Part shown: positions 18,160 through 22,842 of the stretch, in pieces
Position numbering within the stretch: position 1 is the first letter of the stretch
Layout: each line of letters begins with the position of its first letter
Assembly (NCBI GenBank): GCA_044070495.1
Contig: JBIPSI010000050.1
Location: 1-22,842, forward strand
DNA: 22,842 nucleotides
Source: Spirulina sp.
GTDB lineage: Bacteria > Cyanobacteriota > Cyanobacteriia > Phormidesmidales > Phormidesmidaceae
Direction: 5' to 3'
The notes under the pieces: model-generated
Told to the model about the DNA's origin: nothing
What the model saw: only the letters and a program-made list of their open reading frames with translations
The model's database searches: none
Program-made: the position numbers and the translations under genes

Positions 18160-19080
18160 ATGGGTCGCACCTATAAAGTTACAGGCATTAACCTCAAGGC
18201 CATGCCCCTGGGGGAAGCGGATCGCATTCTCACCATCCTGACCCCCGATCTGGGGCTGGTACGGGCAGTGGCACCGGGATCCCGCAAGCACCAGTCGCGG
18301 TTGGGGGGGCGCAGCGATTTATTTGTGATTAACGAGTGGCTGGTGGCCAAGGGCAAGCGTCTGGATAAGGTCGTGCAGGCGGAAACGGCGCGCACCTTTC
18401 CCAAACTTAGCCAAGACCTAGGACGGCTGACCGCTAGCCAATACCTGGCGGAAATCGTGCTGTTTATGGCCCTCAACGACGGATCCCAGGCGGAGCTGTA
18501 CCACCTGTTTGTGGAGCACCTGGAACGGATTGAAACCAGTCCCCCCAGTGCCCTACTAGCCGCCCTTACTCACGGGCTGTATCACCTGCTGGCCCTGGCC
18601 GGGGTGGCCCCAGAGGTGCATCGCTGCTGCCTCAGCCGGGAGGACATTGTGCCCAACCTGATGGATGATCGGTGGACGGTGGGCTTTAGCGCCGATGCCG
18701 GGGGGCTGGTGCAGTGGTCGGCCCTGGCCCAGGATGCCCGCCCCCAGCGGTTGCGGCCCAGGTCAGACCCTCGCCCAGCGGTTGCGGCGGCGGATCGGGT
18801 CATGCCGTCCTTGAGGGAAGCCCCAGCCCCCTACCATCCCCGTTCCTCAGCGCCCCAGTCCCTTAGCGCCATGGATGTGGTGCTGCTCCAACAGTTGAGT
18901 AAACCAGAGATTATCACCACCCTGCCCGTCCTGCCCGATGCGCTCTCTGCGGCAACCCCTTCCGCTCAGCAGGTGGCCTGGGCCAGAATTGAGCGCCTGC
19001 TGCGGCACTATGCCCAGGACTATTTCGAGCGCCCCATCCGTTCGGCGGCCTTGATTGATGTTTGCTTTGCTACTGTTTAA
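18160..19080 (+). CDS. recO: DNA repair protein RecO
   Basis: TGINLK..LGEADRILTILT..GLVRAVAPG.RK..SRLGG; C-terminal IRSA. Confidence 0.93.
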   Translation: MGRTYKVTGINLKAMPLGEADRILTILTPDLGLVRAVAPGSRKHQSRLGGRSDLFVINEWLVAKGKRLDKVVQAETARTFPKLSQDLGRLTASQYLAEIVLFMALNDGSQAELYHLFVEHLERIETSPPSALLAALTHGLYHLLALAGVAPEVHRCCLSREDIVPNLMDDRWTVGFSADAGGLVQWSALAQDARPQRLRPRSDPRPAVAAADRVMPSLREAPAPYHPRSSAPQSLSAMDVVLLQQLSKPEIITTLPVLPDALSAATPSAQQVAWARIERLLRHYAQDYFERPIRSAALIDVCFATV

Positions 19081-19250
19081 ACTAAGCAGAATCTAAGTTG
19101 AGCCACTTCCAGCCTCGCTAATCCCAGCGTAAAGCCGTCTGCCAGGGTGCCCACAATCCGGTGCAGGGGGTTGGGCTATCGCAAGGGGATCACCCCATCT
19201 AGAGCCAGTGGTGGATTTCTGGGTCATAACGTCAGTTCGTTGGTCTTCCC

Positions 19251-20753
19251 ATGCTTCGTGAGTTTGATACCGATCTCCCAGACCAGGCCACCTCGGCGGC
19301 CAATGATCGCCCTGGCCTTGGCGAAACCGCCAACCCAGACCATCTCCTCCATTCAGACTCGACGCCGCCGTCGTCTACTCCAGCATCCACGCTTAATCTG
19401 GCCGCTCCATCTGACCCCGCCATCCCCCACCCCGCCCCCGATCCAAATCCGTCATCGGTGGATGAACCCCATGGCCCTGGGTTTGGGCGGGTGCTGAAAA
19501 ACCGAAATTTCCTCACCCTCTGGCTGGGCCAACTGTTTTCCCAACTGGCGGACAAGGTCTATCTGGTGCTAATGATTGCCATTATCTCCGCCCAGTTTGA
19601 TACCCCAGGCCAAAGCATTAGCGGCTGGGTATCGGCGGTGATGGTGGCCTTTACCATTCCGGCGGTGCTGTTTGGGGCGGCGGCGGGGGTGTTTGTGGAT
19701 CGCTGGCGTAAGCAGCCCGTGTTGGTGCTGTCGAACCTGCTGCGGGGGGGCTTGGTGTTGCTGCTGCCCCTGGGGTTGTGGCTGGCGGCGGATGGGGGAT
19801 TCCTGGCGGGTTGGCCCCTGGCCTTTTGGTTCCTGTTAACGGTCACCTTTGTGATATCCACCCTCACCCAGTTTTTTGCCCCGGCAGAGCAGGCGATTAT
19901 TCCTGTGATTGTGGCGGAGGGGGATTTGTTACCGGCCAACTCTCTCTACACCACCACCATGACCGCCTCAGTGATTGTGGGGTTTGCGGTGGGGGAACCG
20001 CTGCTGGCCCTCGCCGACCAACTGATGACCACCCTAGGCGTTACCAACAACGGCCCAGCGGTGCTGGTGGGGATGAGCTATCTGCTGGCGGGGCTGTGTT
20101 TGGCGTCCATCCGGCCCGGTGCTGAGACCCTGTCGGCGGGGCGCGACTGGTCGCAGTTTTGGCTCGATATCCGCGATGGGTTGAGTTATCTGAAGCACCA
20201 GGCCCAAGTGCGGGTGGCAATTTTGCAGTTGGTGCTGCTGTCCTGTGTGTTTGCGTCCCTGGCGGTGCTGGCGGTGCGCTTGGCGGAACTGATTCCGGCG
20301 ATTAAGGCCTCCCAGTTTGGGTTTTTGCTGGCCGCTGGTGGGGCGGGGCTGGCCCTGGGGGCGATTCTGGTGGGGCACTATGGTCAGCGGTTTCCTCGCC
20401 GCTACCTCAGTCTGTGGGGCACCCTGGGCATGGCCCTCAGCCTAGTTCTGCTAGCTTGGACCACCCAACAACTGTGGCTTTCCATCGGGCTGCTGACGGT
20501 GCTGGGCTTTGCTGGGGCGCTGGTGGGCATCCCCATGCAAACGCTAATTCAAGAAACCACCCCAGAGGATATGCGGGGCAAGGTGTTTGGGCTGCAAAAT
20601 AACCTGGTTAACATCGCCCTCACCCTGCCCCTGGCCCTCACCAGCCTGGTGGAAACGGCCCTGGGTTTGCCCTCCGTTTTTGTGGGTCTGGGGGCGGTGG
20701 TTGGTCTCGGTGGGGTGGCAACGTTATTCTATTACCGTTCATCTGAAGCCTAG
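19251..20753 (+). CDS. MFS transporter
   Basis: NRNFLTLWLGQLFSQLAD, GVFVDRW, FFAPAE and DMRGKVFG motifs; about 12 TM helices. Confidence 0.92.
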   Translation: MLREFDTDLPDQATSAANDRPGLGETANPDHLLHSDSTPPSSTPASTLNLAAPSDPAIPHPAPDPNPSSVDEPHGPGFGRVLKNRNFLTLWLGQLFSQLADKVYLVLMIAIISAQFDTPGQSISGWVSAVMVAFTIPAVLFGAAAGVFVDRWRKQPVLVLSNLLRGGLVLLLPLGLWLAADGGFLAGWPLAFWFLLTVTFVISTLTQFFAPAEQAIIPVIVAEGDLLPANSLYTTTMTASVIVGFAVGEPLLALADQLMTTLGVTNNGPAVLVGMSYLLAGLCLASIRPGAETLSAGRDWSQFWLDIRDGLSYLKHQAQVRVAILQLVLLSCVFASLAVLAVRLAELIPAIKASQFGFLLAAGGAGLALGAILVGHYGQRFPRRYLSLWGTLGMALSLVLLAWTTQQLWLSIGLLTVLGFAGALVGIPMQTLIQETTPEDMRGKVFGLQNNLVNIALTLPLALTSLVETALGLPSVFVGLGAVVGLGGVATLFYYRSSEA

Positions 20754-20763
20754 TACAAAAGCC

Positions 20764-21324
20764 CTAGAGCAGTTCCGCCGTCCGCCGCTTTTCTGCTTCG
20801 CTGGACTCCAGATAGGGTTGTAGGCTGGCCAGGGAGGCATGACCGCTCAGTTCCTGGATCCGCTTTGTCGAGATGCCTTTCTTCAGGAGATGGGTTAGGG
20901 CTCCCCTTCGAGTGCTGTAGGGGCTGTAGCCCGTCATCCCCAGTTGTGCAAAAGCCCTAGACAGGGCGTTGTAGTAGGCCCGATAGCTAAGATGGCCGCT
21001 TTGACTGTCGCTAGGGAACAACGGCCCCCAGGCTGGAGCGTCGTAGAGGCGCAGTTCAGCGGCTAGGCCAGTGGTCACCGGCGCCTCTCTTGTCCGCCGA
21101 TCCTTCCGTTTGGCCCTGGCGATCACAATGGTTTCCCGTGGCCGTCGTTTGTCGTTGGAGGTATAGCAGTCCTCAACGTCGAGTTGGAGGATCGCCCCTG
21201 GCCGCTCCGTGGTGTACCAGCACAGAGCGAAGGCCATGCGATAAGCCCCCCTCAAATTGTTAAGCACTGTGTTGAACTGAGTTTTTGTTAGCGGTTCGGC
21301 TTGTCCATTGCCGTGAATTTTCAT
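20764..21324 (-). CDS. Minimal tyrosine recombinase/integrase (catalytic domain only)
   Basis: TTERP (R), RKD (K), YSTRR (HxxR variant), SGH and LQPY (catalytic Tyr); 186 aa. Confidence 0.9.
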   Translation of the reverse strand: MKIHGNGQAEPLTKTQFNTVLNNLRGAYRMAFALCWYTTERPGAILQLDVEDCYTSNDKRRPRETIVIARAKRKDRRTREAPVTTGLAAELRLYDAPAWGPLFPSDSQSGHLSYRAYYNALSRAFAQLGMTGYSPYSTRRGALTHLLKKGISTKRIQELSGHASLASLQPYLESSEAEKRRTAELL

Positions 21325-21509
21325 TCCTGTTTCCCTCGAAAAACATTAAGAACAGGAACCGCAGCAACTTGAATATAATTCTCCAACGCCCAAAAGCCGC
21401 GCCGGTAGGCTGTTCTAGCTATTAATTCTAATGCTCGATTTGTAGATTTCCTGATCTTCTCTATCAAGATTTAATGCCGTAAAACTGGCATAGAGTTCCT
21501 GATTTTCCT

Positions 21510-21809
21510 ATGTCTGCATTTTCGACCACAGACCTCCCCGCCTCAATTGACAGTTTAGAGAAGCTGGTTGTCTGGGCCTGCGGGGCCTTCTACCAACTGC
21601 ATAAAAACGACCGTTACCAGGAAAGCGACGCTAGTCCGCTAATCCCTCTGGTCACCGCCCAAGATGGGTTGGCGGCTGACAAGACGGAGAGAATTATCTT
21701 CCGTCTGTCGATCCAACTGCTGGATACGTGGCGAGAAGATACGCTGCCCATGTTCGCCCAGGCCCTGGAGGCCAGTAACGCTGCCATCCCGTCTGGCTAT
21801 ACGCCCTAG
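21510..21809 (+). CDS. Hypothetical protein (99 aa), possible structural protein
   Basis: Clean ORF divergent from the integrase, 9 nt upstream of the next ORF. Confidence 0.7.
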   Translation: MSAFSTTDLPASIDSLEKLVVWACGAFYQLHKNDRYQESDASPLIPLVTAQDGLAADKTERIIFRLSIQLLDTWREDTLPMFAQALEASNAAIPSGYTP

Positions 21810-21818
21810 GGGTGAGTG

Positions 21819-22842
21819 ATGTCTGTTGCCCTCAAGTCGGCTAGCCCAACGGAGCTAGGCCAATCGATCAATAGCGGAGCCATTACCCGCCCTCCCACGG
21901 TGGGGAATATCGATCAGATCGCCATTCCCCAAACGGCGCAAACCTCCAACATCAGCCCTACGACCTACGTTAGGGAGTTCAACGTCCCAGGGCAAAACGT
22001 AACCGCCGAGGTTCCCTATCGGATGCCTGCCGATGTAGGGGATCCGCTTTATCGCCCACTAGCAGGCGACCCCCTAGGGCAGCCCTCCACTCGCAGCGGT
22101 CGCCCTGTTCGCAGTGCTGGCCTAGACGGAGGGCCGATCAACGCAGGCAGCGCACCCCCCAGGACGGCCCCCACTGGAGCTGCGCCCATAAATCGCAATG
22201 GCGGCGGCGGTGCATCTGCTGGAGGACGAACCAGCAACCCAGGTCGAGCGGTCAATCCTAGGGTTCCCGGAGGAATTGGCGGCGCTGCGTCTGTTGGTGT
22301 GGCGGTTGTCTTTGGCGGCGGCGGACTAGGAGAGCGAGTTGGGACGGGAATCGGCGGATACATCGGCTTCAATCAGGGCGCGGCGGCTGGGGCGGCGGCT
22401 GGGGCTTCCGCTGGGACGGTTACCCTTCCTGGCGTGGGCACGGTCGGCCTCGGCGGCGCTGGGGCTGTTGCTGGCGGGATTGCAGGCGCAGGCGTGGGCG
22501 GAGCTGTCGGGGGACGCATTGGCCGCGCCATAGACAACGCTATCCCAGATTTCCCCCTCCCCTGGCCATTCAACGGCGGCGGCGGCTACCCCAACCAAAC
22601 CGACCCCGACGCCATTCCCCCAGGGCCTGAAACGGAGTCTGGAAGCTCAAATAGTGGCTCAGTGTCGGGCGTAGTCTATCGGGCCGTCGGTGGGCACACC
22701 GATCAATTTGGCAGCTATGTGAACACCGTTTCCGCTCCATTGACTGGGCCTGTTTCGAGTGGTTCAAACGAGACATATCACGGGAATGGGAGACAGGCCG
22801 GAAAATTCCAGGTCTACACGGACTCAAACGGATTTACTGTTT
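21819..22842 (+). CDS. Gly/Pro-rich glycine-zipper protein, truncated by the window end (at least 341 aa)
   Basis: Manual translation from ATG 21819 is open to the end: MSVALKSASPTELGQ...GAAAGAAAGASAGTVTLPGVGTVGLGGAGAVAGGIAGAGVGGAVGGRIG...; not in the ORF track. Confidence 0.8.
   Translation, partial: MSVALKSASPTELGQSINSGAITRPPTVGNIDQIAIPQTAQTSNISPTTYVREFNVPGQNVTAEVPYRMPADVGDPLYRPLAGDPLGQPSTRSGRPVRSAGLDGGPINAGSAPPRTAPTGAAPINRNGGGGASAGGRTSNPGRAVNPRVPGGIGGAASVGVAVVFGGGGLGERVGTGIGGYIGFNQGAAAGAAAGASAGTVTLPGVGTVGLGGAGAVAGGIAGAGVGGAVGGRIGRAIDNAIPDFPLPWPFNGGGGYPNQTDPDAIPPGPETESGSSNSGSVSGVVYRAVGGHTDQFGSYVNTVSAPLTGPVSSGSNETYHGNGRQAGKFQVYTDSNGFTV

Larger units (their letters stand above)
20764..22842. 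mobile_element. Left end of a second integrated phage-like element
   Basis: Recombinase converges on the host MFS 3' end, followed by an AT-rich divergent intergenic region and orphan structural-like ORFs. Confidence 0.65.

Noticed and set aside
20756..20961. 13-bp direct repeat caaaagccctaga (20756, 20949) as att sites
   Set aside because: Both copies lie at or inside the integrase gene, and a few 13-mer repeats are expected by chance in 23 kb.
22049..22827. Minus-strand Pro/Ala-rich ORFs at the right end
   Set aside because: Antisense shadows of the open Gly-rich + strand ORF from 21819.

Overview
GC-rich window that looks cyanobacterial from its gene content and palindromic repeat types. 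A ~15 kb housekeeping block lies between two phage-like mobile regions. The block contains cysH, an EamA transporter, add, xfp, a CHASE3/OmpR two-component islet beside tRNA-His, cbiX/sirB, cobA, recO and an MFS gene. The left region (1 to ~5950) has small coupled ORFs, an FHA membrane protein, an ASCH protein, a ribbon-helix-helix regulator overprinted on a coiled-coil gene, and an operator array. It ends in the main finding: a type I hammerhead ribozyme (4405-4466) directly upstream of a two-loop bridge-RNA-like structure (~4462-4650) and an IS110-family recombinase (4678-5880). A 10-mer spanning one putative guide (TTATACCGAT) matches both arms of a palindrome just downstream of the recombinase and a further repeat at ~12.3 kb. 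The right region (from ~20760) starts with a minimal tyrosine recombinase and divergent putative virion genes, one of them a Gly-rich ORF absent from the ORF track. All calls are from manual motif recognition; no searches were run.
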